This document shows positions 16,866 to 24,799 of a stretch of DNA of 32,000 nt, one piece after another; the stretch's first letter is position 1; every line of letters begins with the position of its first letter. The stretch is from Nitrosopumilus maritimus SCM1 (lineage in GTDB: Archaea; Thermoproteota; Nitrososphaeria; Nitrososphaerales; Nitrosopumilaceae), in assembly GCF_000018465.1 (NCBI RefSeq), contig NC_010085.1, positions 1,020,001 to 1,052,000 of the forward strand, given 5' to 3'. The notes beneath the pieces are model-generated. The model was given only the letters and a program-made list of their open reading frames with translations. It did no database searches and was not told the origin of the DNA. The position numbers and the translations under genes were made by a program.

Positions 16866-17891
16866 ATGAAAAAAATATCATTTTTCTTAATTCTGTTAAT
16901 TTTTCCTGTTTCAGATATTTTTGCAGAAGAAGATTCAGAAGGGTGGAAAAGATTGGCAGACATGCCAGAAGTAAGGTCAGAGATGGAATCAGCTGCAATT
17001 GATGAAAAGATCTATGTGGTGGGAGGCATAGCCAATACAAATCAAGTATCAAATTCTGTTTTTGTTTTTGATACCAAAGATGAATCATGGAGTACTGGAA
17101 CCCCAATGCCAATAGAATTACATCATGCTGGAACTGCAGCCCATGATGGGAAGCTGTATGTTGTTGGAGGATACATGAAAGGGTGGAGTCCATCAAACGC
17201 ATTACTAATTTATGATTCTGTCAAAGATTCTTGGAGTCAGGGCAAGGATATGCCAACTGCTCGCGGTGCACTGACTGCAGAATTTGTAGACGGCAAGCTG
17301 TATGCAGTTGGAGGATTCAATGAGAATTCCCGTACTGAAAATGAAGTGTATGATCCTGCAGACGACTCTTGGGAGAAAATGGCCCCAATGCCTACAGCCA
17401 GGGAACACCTAGCATCAGCAGTTCTAGACGGACAGTTGTTTGTCATTGGTGGCAGGGCAGGACAGGTAAATTCTGATGCAAACGAAATGTACGACTATAC
17501 CTCAGATACTTGGAAAATATTAGAACCACTTCCAACTGCAAGAAGTGGATTGGCTGCATCTGTTATTAGCGGAGCAGTTTTTGTTTTTGGGGGAGAAAGC
17601 TCACTAAGGACATTTGAAGAAAATGAAGCATACATTCCTGAAGAAGGATGGTTTGCACAGCAACCAATGCCAATACCAAGACATGGCTTAGCATCATCAA
17701 CTGTAGGGGACAACATCTATCTTATTGGCGGGGGAGTAGTTCCAGGTTTTAGCTTTAGTGGAATTACTGAAAAATATCACAACACAGTCGTTCCAGAATT
17801 CGGCGTCTTGTCAATTGTGATTTTGGGAATCTCAACTGTCATGATAATTTTGTTTACAAAGCCTAAATTTCAACACATCATTCAGCAATGA
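16866..17891 (+). CDS. Exported Kelch-repeat beta-propeller protein with a C-terminal membrane anchor
   Basis: Signal peptide. There are about six repeats of the Kelch pattern (G.(I/L)YV(V/I)GG ... W ... (M/L)P..R). A C-terminal transmembrane helix is present. Confidence 0.8.
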   Translation: MKKISFFLILLIFPVSDIFAEEDSEGWKRLADMPEVRSEMESAAIDEKIYVVGGIANTNQVSNSVFVFDTKDESWSTGTPMPIELHHAGTAAHDGKLYVVGGYMKGWSPSNALLIYDSVKDSWSQGKDMPTARGALTAEFVDGKLYAVGGFNENSRTENEVYDPADDSWEKMAPMPTAREHLASAVLDGQLFVIGGRAGQVNSDANEMYDYTSDTWKILEPLPTARSGLAASVISGAVFVFGGESSLRTFEENEAYIPEEGWFAQQPMPIPRHGLASSTVGDNIYLIGGGVVPGFSFSGITEKYHNTVVPEFGVLSIVILGISTVMIILFTKPKFQHIIQQ

Positions 17892-17920
17892 AGAATCTAA
17901 ATTCACAATCTACTTTCGTT

Positions 17921-18316
17921 TTAGATAGTTGTAAAAGAAGAAATTTCAGAAGTGATTTTTTCTTCAGAAATTTCTCCAATGTATCTATATTCATATTCTG
18001 TGTTTAGTAACAATTCTGGAATTTTGACTATATGTCCAGTATGAGGAACAGAATCATGTGAGACAATCATTGAATTAGAAAAGCCATCTCCATTTAGAGC
18101 ATATTCAACTTCACAGACCACAGGGATTTCTGTTTGCGCATATACAACTACGCTATTCTCATGAACATCAATTGCCATAATCTGTTCAAAAGTCATTTCA
18201 GTTTGAACATGTGAATCAGAGTATACGGTAACTGGAGTCATCATGACAAAGACACTACCCAACATCAACAACATTATAAGTATTGTATTTTTCAAACAAT
18301 TTCCAACAGTTTTCAA
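17921..18316 (-). CDS. Hypothetical exported protein (131 aa)
   Basis: N-terminal signal/anchor and a beta-rich body. The palindrome lies 52 nt upstream. Confidence 0.5.
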   Translation of the reverse strand: MKTVGNCLKNTILIMLLMLGSVFVMMTPVTVYSDSHVQTEMTFEQIMAIDVHENSVVVYAQTEIPVVCEVEYALNGDGFSNSMIVSHDSVPHTGHIVKIPELLLNTEYEYRYIGEISEEKITSEISSFTTI

Positions 18317-18367
18317 TAAATTTAAACCAAGTAGATAGTTTTCATTATTGGTTGTCTAGAACAATAG

Positions 18368-18381
18368 TTTACAAATGTAAA
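18368..18381. promoter_or_regulatory. Palindrome copy tttacaaatgtaaa (1 mismatch)
   Basis: 52 nt upstream of the start at 18316 (-). Confidence 0.65.
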
Positions 18382-18394
18382 GACAGAATTGAGT

Positions 18395-20071
18395 TTAATT
18401 AAAATTCCATATTCGTTTTTTGAAATAGAACAACCACATTCCAGCAATAATAATCAATATAATTCCCAATATCAAGTTCATAGAATATTCAAGATGTTGT
18501 TTTTCATCAATTTGGTTTTCTGGAAGATCCTGAAGGTATGGATTTTTTGTAATAGGGTTAATCAAAACTTCCGAAGGATTGTATTGATCAGTCAAAAATG
18601 GAACATCAGTTGTCGCGATTATTCCAGTATAGAAGTGCTCTTGTCTGCTTAATTCATCACTCAAATAATCCACAGGACTGTTTTTTGAGAGTTCCAAAAG
18701 CAACAATCTGTCAAACTCGTAAGGCTGATTTGATGAAACTATCATGATATTTTGAATGAATGTGGGTTTTTCTTCAGTTGGAAAAACATAGGATACTGGG
18801 AATGTCTCTTTCATTGTTTTGTATACAGAACGTACCAAAGGGGAGTTATTTCCTTCAATTGAGCCGATTAGATTGGATACAACAATGCCATTTGGCTCAA
18901 GTCTTTTTTCAAGTAATTGAAAAAACTCATGAGTCATCAAATGATAAGGAACATAATTTGTAGCATATGCATCCAGGATTATAAGATCATATTTCTTGTC
19001 AAACATTGAGAGATGTTTTCTTGCATCATCATTGAATATCTGCAGCCGGGGATTTGTTTCTAGATTAAAGTAGGTCTTGGCAACATCAATTACATCAGAA
19101 TCAATTTCAATTACATCAATTTTTGTGTCAGGATATAATGCCAGAAAGTTTTTTGGTCCTGAAAATCCCCCTCCACCTACAAACAAAATATCTTTAGCTG
19201 CAGGATTAAACATCATCCCCAAATGAAAGTACTCAGTATAATCTATCACCAAATCTAGCGGATCACGCATGTTCATAGAGCTGTGCCGCAATCCATCAAG
19301 ATACAAACTTCGATTATCGCCGTATTCTATAATATCCAAATGGCTAAACATAGTTTCTTTTTCAAAAATTAGCATTCCATTGTGAGATATTGTACTTACA
19401 GAAAAAGAAGACCACGGAACAATCAAAATTATAACAATGCCAATTGCAATAATCTTTGGAGATATTTTAAGGCCAATTAGGGAACTGGCAATTAATGCAA
19501 TTCCTAATCCAAAAATTATCTGGTGTACTGTTACATTAGGAATTAAAACAAAAACAGTAACAAATGTTCCAAAAATACTTCCTACAGTTGCAATAGAATA
19601 AAGATTGCCAGACATATTTCCAACTTTTTGCAAGGATTTTGTGCCAAGCTTGATTACATAAGGAGAGACAAATCCAAGCAAGACAGACGGAAGCATCAAC
19701 AGCAAAAAAGTTGCAAGCAATGGAGTGTATTGGGAAATGGGCATGATTGCAAGAGAAAAGTCTACGACATGTGATGCAAAAAATGGCATGCCCACGATAA
19801 AGAGCCCTACTGAAAAAACAATTCCACAAATCTTGTCAAATTTCGGATGTTTGTCTGCTATGCGACCTCCCAAAAAATAACCAAGACTCAAACCGCTTAG
19901 GATTACGCCAATCAGGCTTCCCCAAGTGTAAATTGTGCTTCCAAATACAGGAGTAAGAATTCTGCTTGTCGCAATTTCCAAGGCCATAACAATAGCGCCA
20001 GAAGAAAATGTGAGAACTTTGAGTTTCCACAACATTTCCTGAGATAGTTTTGAATAAGACAGAGAGCTCAT
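18395..20071 (-). CDS. Membrane-fused spermidine-synthase-like (aminopropyl/methyltransferase fold) protein
   Basis: The first ~230 aa form multiple transmembrane helices. The C-terminal part has the Rossmann motif LFVGGGGFSG plus D.I(E/D)ID and ILDAY, as in spermidine synthase-like enzymes. A final transmembrane helix follows. Confidence 0.75.
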   Translation of the reverse strand: MSSLSYSKLSQEMLWKLKVLTFSSGAIVMALEIATSRILTPVFGSTIYTWGSLIGVILSGLSLGYFLGGRIADKHPKFDKICGIVFSVGLFIVGMPFFASHVVDFSLAIMPISQYTPLLATFLLLMLPSVLLGFVSPYVIKLGTKSLQKVGNMSGNLYSIATVGSIFGTFVTVFVLIPNVTVHQIIFGLGIALIASSLIGLKISPKIIAIGIVIILIVPWSSFSVSTISHNGMLIFEKETMFSHLDIIEYGDNRSLYLDGLRHSSMNMRDPLDLVIDYTEYFHLGMMFNPAAKDILFVGGGGFSGPKNFLALYPDTKIDVIEIDSDVIDVAKTYFNLETNPRLQIFNDDARKHLSMFDKKYDLIILDAYATNYVPYHLMTHEFFQLLEKRLEPNGIVVSNLIGSIEGNNSPLVRSVYKTMKETFPVSYVFPTEEKPTFIQNIMIVSSNQPYEFDRLLLLELSKNSPVDYLSDELSRQEHFYTGIIATTDVPFLTDQYNPSEVLINPITKNPYLQDLPENQIDEKQHLEYSMNLILGIILIIIAGMWLFYFKKRIWNFN

Positions 20072-20146
20072 TAGAATTTGAAAGTTATTAGATGAAACAC
20101 AATATCAAGATAATGTTACTTTGTTTCAAAATGTAATACAATGGAG

Positions 20147-20160
20147 TTTACATTTGTAAA
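20147..20160. promoter_or_regulatory. Palindrome copy tttacatttgtaaa (1 mismatch)
   Basis: 76 nt upstream of the start of the spermidine-synthase-like gene (20071, -). Confidence 0.6.
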
Positions 20161-20199
20161 ATCAAACTGAAAAAATAATTTTTGATTGCATTTACAAAA

Positions 20200-21807
20200 T
20201 CAATTTACGGTAATTTCAGTAATCATTCCAGCTTCTGCATGCTCAAGAATATGACAATGCATAACCCAATTTCCAGGATTTGAGAAGTCAACTAGAATAT
20301 CTACAGTTTTTCCAGTAGGAACTAAAACAGAATCTTTCCAGGCCAAATTCTCATTTGGAATTCCATCTTCAGACAAGACCAAGACTCGTTGTCCGTGAAT
20401 ATGTATTGGATGTTGCATGGGATGGGCAGATTCTGGATTGTTGTACAATCTGATTTTTTTGACGTCCCCAACATTTACCTGATAGCCAATATCAAATCCT
20501 TCTTTTCCGGAATTCATATCGCGTATAATCCATTTTGTGTTTTCGTCATCAGACATCGCATTCATTTTTGGCATTTCATCTTCCCATTCAATTTCATCAA
20601 TCTCTTTTTCATGAACTCCCATACTCATTGAATGATCATCCATAGACATTGTTTTAATGTCAAATTCAAGTTCCAAGTCAGGAGGATCAGAGAAGAATTT
20701 TCTAAACTGATCAATTTCTTGGACTATGTCAGAATTTTGTTCTATAGAGTAAAAACTGGAATCAATTTTGTTCAAAGAGGGGGTGACAGAGATAGTTCCA
20801 AGAACATATGTTTTGTCAGATGTTGAATGTGTAATATCATACTGTCCTGATTCTTCAAATAATACATCAATAGTTCTTCTCTCAGAAGATGCCATAATTA
20901 CAGAGTCAACAAATTCTTGTCTTTCATATTCACTTGCATCATCTGCAATTAATTTGATTTTTTGCTGTTCAATTCCAAAATCAAAAGTTCTGGTGTTTGC
21001 AGCGTTTGTGAGGTAGAACCTCACAATATCGCCCTGTTTGAATTCAAGTGAAAGATTTGCATCCCCATTAGCAATCATGGTGTTTCCAAATCGTCCCATT
21101 AGCGTATGAGTGGTAATATCAGGGTCAAATGATTGCAGTTCATTATCCACAATCGAAATATCGTCTAGGAATAATGGAATTTCATAGTCTACAGGGAGAT
21201 TATCGGAGTTTTTTGATTCAACTAGAATATTTCCATACAATCCCATATCCATTTGCATTTCTGTTTTTACATGAGGGTGATAGAAGAAAATTCCAGTGTC
21301 AGGGAATTTTAGAGAATATTGAAAAGTTTCTCCAGGAAGCACAGGGTCTTGTGAAACTCCAGGCACTCCATCACTAGCAGAATCAAGTCTTAACCCATGC
21401 CAATGAACAGTAGTAGGTAAATCAAGATTATTGGTAAAATTTACAGTTATCTCGTCGCCTTGTGAAACTATCAATAGAGGGCCAGGAGTTTGTTCATTAT
21501 AGCCAAACATTTGAAGTGTTTTACCATCAATGTTTTTTGTGATTTGACTTGCAGTAAGATCAAATGTGTCATTGTTTGAAACAGATACAGAGGAAACTGT
21601 TGAAAGTAATTTGGCACCGCCATCAGAGACATTTTGAGGAATTTCACCGCATAGTTTATCCCCACAGACAATATTGCTTGTTGCTTTTCCAAAGCTTTTT
21701 GGGGATTTTGCATTTTTAGCCTTTAGTGCATCTGCACTGTCAATACCACTTAAAAAAATACTGCCAGAAAAAATAATAAACAAAATCAAAATGGTGTAAA
21801 ATTTCAA
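20200..21807 (-). CDS. Three-domain multicopper oxidase (laccase/CueO/CopA-like), exported
   Basis: All four MCO copper motifs are present: VHWHGL, FFYHPH, HPIHIHG and HCHILEHAEAGM. It has a signal peptide and a TTG start. Confidence 0.88.
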   Translation of the reverse strand: MKFYTILILFIIFSGSIFLSGIDSADALKAKNAKSPKSFGKATSNIVCGDKLCGEIPQNVSDGGAKLLSTVSSVSVSNNDTFDLTASQITKNIDGKTLQMFGYNEQTPGPLLIVSQGDEITVNFTNNLDLPTTVHWHGLRLDSASDGVPGVSQDPVLPGETFQYSLKFPDTGIFFYHPHVKTEMQMDMGLYGNILVESKNSDNLPVDYEIPLFLDDISIVDNELQSFDPDITTHTLMGRFGNTMIANGDANLSLEFKQGDIVRFYLTNAANTRTFDFGIEQQKIKLIADDASEYERQEFVDSVIMASSERRTIDVLFEESGQYDITHSTSDKTYVLGTISVTPSLNKIDSSFYSIEQNSDIVQEIDQFRKFFSDPPDLELEFDIKTMSMDDHSMSMGVHEKEIDEIEWEDEMPKMNAMSDDENTKWIIRDMNSGKEGFDIGYQVNVGDVKKIRLYNNPESAHPMQHPIHIHGQRVLVLSEDGIPNENLAWKDSVLVPTGKTVDILVDFSNPGNWVMHCHILEHAEAGMITEITVN

Positions 21808-21848
21808 ATGTATTTTTTTTAGATCCCATTCATATAATAATCAGTTGT

Positions 21849-21862
21849 TTTACAATTGTAAA
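21849..21862. promoter_or_regulatory. Palindrome copy tttacaattgtaaa (exact)
   Basis: 42 nt upstream of the TTG start of the three-domain MCO (21807, -). A TATA-like attattatatg lies between them. Confidence 0.7.
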
Positions 21863-21872
21863 GTTGCATACA

Positions 21873-21886
21873 GTCACATTTGTAAA
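21873..21886. promoter_or_regulatory. Degenerate palindrome copy gtcacatttgtaaa (3 mismatches)
   Basis: 24 bp from the exact copy at 21849. The right half-site is perfect. Confidence 0.35.
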
Positions 21887-21991
21887 AAATTAATTTAATT
21901 ATTACAAACTAATTTTTCAGATGTAAATTTTGTAAGTAGAATTTTTGAGATAAGTAATTAATATCACCGTTACAATAATTTTTTTGTAAAT

Positions 21992-22363
21992 TTGAAAGCA
22001 TACAACATCATGATTGTCTTTGGCATAACAGTCATTGTAATAATTGGAGGAGTAATGGGATTTCCCATTGCAAAGATGTTTGTAGGCATACCAGATTATG
22101 ACATACGTGTTGATGCAGTAATAGATGAACAAGAAATTACTCCAATAGGGCAAGTACTAATACAAAATACAGGCTCTAAACCTCTAACTGAGGTCAAAAT
22201 AGACTTTGGGGAAGGCGAAAAAATGGAATTAGGTACACTTGACGTAAGAGACAGAATGATCCTTACACCTCCATACAATAACAAAATGGAATCTGTAACG
22301 GTATCTGCAGATCATCATATTTCTGTGAACAAAGAATATAGAAATGAAAACTTGCAACATTAA
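21992..22363 (+). CDS. Hypothetical membrane-anchored protein (123 aa; the true start may be the ATG at 22007)
   Basis: N-terminal transmembrane helix and a beta-rich ectodomain. No motif recognised. Confidence 0.45.
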   Translation: MKAYNIMIVFGITVIVIIGGVMGFPIAKMFVGIPDYDIRVDAVIDEQEITPIGQVLIQNTGSKPLTEVKIDFGEGEKMELGTLDVRDRMILTPPYNNKMESVTVSADHHISVNKEYRNENLQH

Positions 22364-22518
22364 TTTTTGAATTTTTACAAAAAAAATTATCGTAGAATGT
22401 TTACAAGTAAAAAATAAGATGCTATTCCGCCAATTATCATCAATAAAGAAAATTTTTTGTTAGATTGTAATTTCAAATGAAATTAATGTTACGAATTCAT
22501 AATAGATAATTGTATAGT

Positions 22519-22532
22519 TTTACAATTGTAAA
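22519..22532. promoter_or_regulatory. Palindrome copy tttacaattgtaaa (exact)
   Basis: 56 nt upstream of Zn-ribbon paralog 1 (22588). Confidence 0.7.
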
Positions 22533-22587
22533 ATATTGAGGGTTATTTTCAAAAGGTATTTCAACTATTGAAAATAAAATTTTTGTT

Positions 22588-22794
22588 ATGAGTTGTAATG
22601 GGGTATGTCAAAGATACAAAGCAAAAAAGCCTAAAAACACAAGCAGGTATGAAGCAGGACAAAAAAGATGTAATATTTGTAACATGTATATGAATTGGGA
22701 AGGACTGTATTGCCCTTGTTGCAATATGAGAATTAGAGTTTCATCAAGATATTCAAAACTCAAAGAAAAACATCTTAAGATTCAGAGAATTTGA
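22588..22794 (+). CDS. Small six-Cys zinc-ribbon protein with a basic tail (paralog 1)
   Basis: CNGVC...RYEAGQKRCNICNMYM......CPCCNMRIRV. It is a paralog of 23897..24118. The exact palindrome lies 56 nt upstream. Confidence 0.55.
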   Translation: MSCNGVCQRYKAKKPKNTSRYEAGQKRCNICNMYMNWEGLYCPCCNMRIRVSSRYSKLKEKHLKIQRI

Positions 22795-22802
22795 GATGAA
22801 TT

Positions 22803-23501
22803 TTACTTTTGGACAATTCTTTTGTTTTTTGATCTTACAACTTTGATGTAAGATGATATTTGCAAAGCGAGAACTATCACACTCATAGCAACAAAAGGAA
22901 TTATGAAAGTGCTTTCTGGTGGCACATTTTTGTGGAAAGATTCCGTATAATGAATGAAAAGAAAATAGGACGTGTGAATGGCAACTAGATAAAAAACAAT
23001 GTGGGAACCAGTATGAATCCACTTCCAAGATGATGCCCCTAACCATTTCATTGCCCTATCTGAAGAGGTTATGGCCATAATTGCAATCCACAAAAATGCT
23101 ACAAATCCCAGCGTGTTTGCAAGCCCAAATCCAGGTTCCAGTCTCACCATTCTGCCCAATTGGGGGACAAATTCATACCCAAAGAATTGGGCAACATCCC
23201 AATTTGCCCATCCATGTGCAATAAGAATTCCATGAGTTGTTGCAAGGGCAGCAAACCAAATCCCAAATTCTCTTCTCCACTTGAGCAAGAAAGATGTTCG
23301 TGTCCATATCTTACTTAACGGACCTATAATCAGAGTTACAAATAACAAAGTGTATCCAGAATCGCCAAACGCCCTCCACAATCGCATTTCATCATGCCAT
23401 TCATAGTGAGCTAACCAAAAAACAAAAGTCAATGACAATGCAATAGAAAATACAAGAGAATGTCTAGTTACAAAATTATTTTTAATTTTTAGTTTAATCA
23501 T
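22803..23501 (-). CDS. Ferric-reductase-like transmembrane domain protein (YedZ/MsrQ-like di-haem b membrane protein)
   Basis: Six transmembrane helices. WRREFGIWFAALATTHGILIAH and ITSSDRAMKWLGASSWKWIHTGSHIVFYLVAIHTSYF parallel the conserved His-bearing helices of E. coli MsrQ/YedZ, which I am recalling from memory. No MsrP-like partner is adjacent. Confidence 0.6.
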   Translation of the reverse strand: MIKLKIKNNFVTRHSLVFSIALSLTFVFWLAHYEWHDEMRLWRAFGDSGYTLLFVTLIIGPLSKIWTRTSFLLKWRREFGIWFAALATTHGILIAHGWANWDVAQFFGYEFVPQLGRMVRLEPGFGLANTLGFVAFLWIAIMAITSSDRAMKWLGASSWKWIHTGSHIVFYLVAIHTSYFLFIHYTESFHKNVPPESTFIIPFVAMSVIVLALQISSYIKVVRSKNKRIVQK

Positions 23502-23521
23502 TTTAAATCAATTGATGCATG

Positions 23522-23542
23522 TATTTCAAACACAGTTTGAAA
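23522..23542. promoter_or_regulatory. Separate palindrome ATTTCAAAC-ACA-GTTTGAAAT (9-bp arms)
   Basis: 21-41 nt upstream of the YedZ-like gene start (23501, -). It is unrelated in sequence to the TTTACA palindrome. Confidence 0.35.
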
Positions 23543-23586
23543 TTTTCATGTTAGAAATAATGTAGGTACATACTTAATGATAATAG

Positions 23587-23600
23587 CTTACAATTGTAAA
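23587..23600. promoter_or_regulatory. Palindrome copy cttacaattgtaaa (1 mismatch)
   Basis: 86 nt upstream of the YedZ-like gene start and immediately after the stop of the small membrane ORF. Confidence 0.6.
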
Positions 23601-23603
23601 ATA

Positions 23604-23813
23604 TCAAGTAGTAAGTTCAGGTTTGATACTCCATACAATTGCCAACATTACAAACGGAATTGACATTATGCCAATTATTCCCAAGATAGTAAGAAAAGAC
23701 GATTCAGAAACATCAGGATTGTTAATTATCCACGGTAATGGTAATGAAATGATAAACCAAATCACTGCAAGCAAAATATACATTTTTGTTTTTTTATTTA
23801 GATTCAATATCAT
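23604..23813 (-). CDS. Small two-helix membrane protein (69 aa)
   Basis: Two hydrophobic helices. It lies 33 nt from the palindrome at 23846 and directly upstream of the YedZ-like gene. The antisense ORF 23623..23835 is judged spurious. Confidence 0.4.
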   Translation of the reverse strand: MILNLNKKTKMYILLAVIWFIISLPLPWIINNPDVSESSFLTILGIIGIMSIPFVMLAIVWSIKPELTT

Positions 23814-23845
23814 AGTTACAGGGATTGGATATTAATTCGATGTGC

Positions 23846-23859
23846 TTTACAATTGTAAC
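23846..23859. promoter_or_regulatory. Palindrome copy tttacaattgtaac (1 mismatch), shared by divergent genes
   Basis: 33 nt from the 23813 start (-) and 38 nt from the 23897 start (+). The conserved block GTTAAGTATCAAAA follows after 8 nt. Confidence 0.7.
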
Positions 23860-23867
23860 ATCCACTA

Positions 23868-23881
23868 GTTAAGTATCAAAA
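23868..23881 (+). promoter_or_regulatory. Conserved block GTTAAGTATCAAAA (putative TATA/core promoter), copy 1
   Basis: Identical 14-mer to 26965..26978. Both start exactly 22 nt after the start of a palindrome copy and end 15-16 nt before an ATG. Confidence 0.45.
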
Positions 23882-23896
23882 AAATACAAAGCCAGC

Positions 23897-24118
23897 ATGG
23901 CAACCGTATGTAAAGGAATTTGTGTTAGATTTAGAGCGACAGGGTATGTAGGAAAGCACAGATATGAAAAGGGACAAAAAAGATGTCCGGTGTGCGAGAT
24001 ATTTATGACGTATCCAGAAGTAAGATGCCCCTGTTGTAGTATCAAACTAAGAGTTACACCTAGAGGAAACAAGGCTAGAAAGGAAATTCAGAAAAAAAGA
24101 AATTATGTTTGGCATTAA
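23897..24118 (+). CDS. Small six-Cys zinc-ribbon protein with a basic tail (paralog 2)
   Basis: CKGIC...RYEKGQKRCPVCEIFM......CPCCSIKLRV, with the same Cys spacing as 22588..22794. The palindrome lies 38 nt upstream. Confidence 0.55.
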   Translation: MATVCKGICVRFRATGYVGKHRYEKGQKRCPVCEIFMTYPEVRCPCCSIKLRVTPRGNKARKEIQKKRNYVWH

Positions 24119-24795
24119 TCCTGGAATCTATCAACAACTTCTTCAAACAACACTCTTGGAATTCCACCTTTGAAAACATGTTCCTCTCCTTTGAAATTGA
24201 CAATCTTGAATAAAGGAATTTTTTCAACGCCAAGACTATTTGTGTAATCAATATTAGATTGAATGTCTTGGCCATATTTTCCTGAATCTAAGCAGTTTGA
24301 AAACTGGTCTATATCCAAATCAAGTTCTAATGCAAAATTCTTTAATTGATCAGATTTTGCCCAAGTATCAATTTCTTGTTGCGACACGTATAGCATTTCC
24401 TGGTATTCTGAATACTTTTTTTGTTCGTCTGCACAAAAAGTAGCTTGAGATATTAAAATAGAATCATCTCCTAACGGGGAAACATCCAAAAATACAATGT
24501 TGGCTTTGTTTGTTTCAACAAGTTTTTCTGAGATTTCAGAATAGTTAGTATCATACCAATATTTACAAGAAGTGCATTGGTAGTCATTGAATGCAAAAAT
24601 TGTTACAGGAGCATCAGGATCACCGACTACAGGGGAAACTGACGGAGGTACACTGTTAAAATCATTATTTGAAAGAGTGTCTGAATCATTTTCCGGAGTA
24701 AATTTTTTGTCTATCTCAGGGGAAACCAAGCTGTGCAACAAAAATATGATTGCAATAATAATTGCACCTATGATAATTTTTTTGCTTAATTTCAT
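24115..24795 (-). CDS. DsbA-like thioredoxin-fold thiol:disulfide oxidoreductase (active site CTSC), membrane-anchored
   Basis: The pattern (V/I)TIFAFNDYQCTSCKYW is the classic DsbA-family context. N-terminal anchor. It starts 4 nt after the Met-rich gene, indicating an operon. Confidence 0.8.
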   Translation of the reverse strand: MKLSKKIIIGAIIIAIIFLLHSLVSPEIDKKFTPENDSDTLSNNDFNSVPPSVSPVVGDPDAPVTIFAFNDYQCTSCKYWYDTNYSEISEKLVETNKANIVFLDVSPLGDDSILISQATFCADEQKKYSEYQEMLYVSQQEIDTWAKSDQLKNFALELDLDIDQFSNCLDSGKYGQDIQSNIDYTNSLGVEKIPLFKIVNFKGEEHVFKGGIPRVLFEEVVDRFQD

Positions 24796-24799
24796 GATA

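Noticed and set aside
16798-17202. 134-aa antisense ORF opposite the Kelch gene. Many similar antisense or shadow ORFs appear in the track, for example 797..979, 1928..2128, 2658..2888, 3804..4169, 5105..5398, 12158..12403, 12556..12918, 13688..13948, 14559..14918, 15201..15545, 19536..19829, 20389..21377, 22753..23046, 24587..24907 and 28523..28813
   Set aside because: Each lies fully inside a longer ORF with strong family signatures on the other strand or in another frame, and none has a recognisable motif.
21969-21991. ttacaa-N10-ttgtaaa just before ORF 21992, and tttacaagtaaaa at about 22400
   Set aside because: The half-sites are present, but the spacer is longer by about 6 nt in the first case and shorter by 2 nt in the second. 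That is incompatible with the rigid 14-bp geometry of the 20 good copies. They may be decayed sites.
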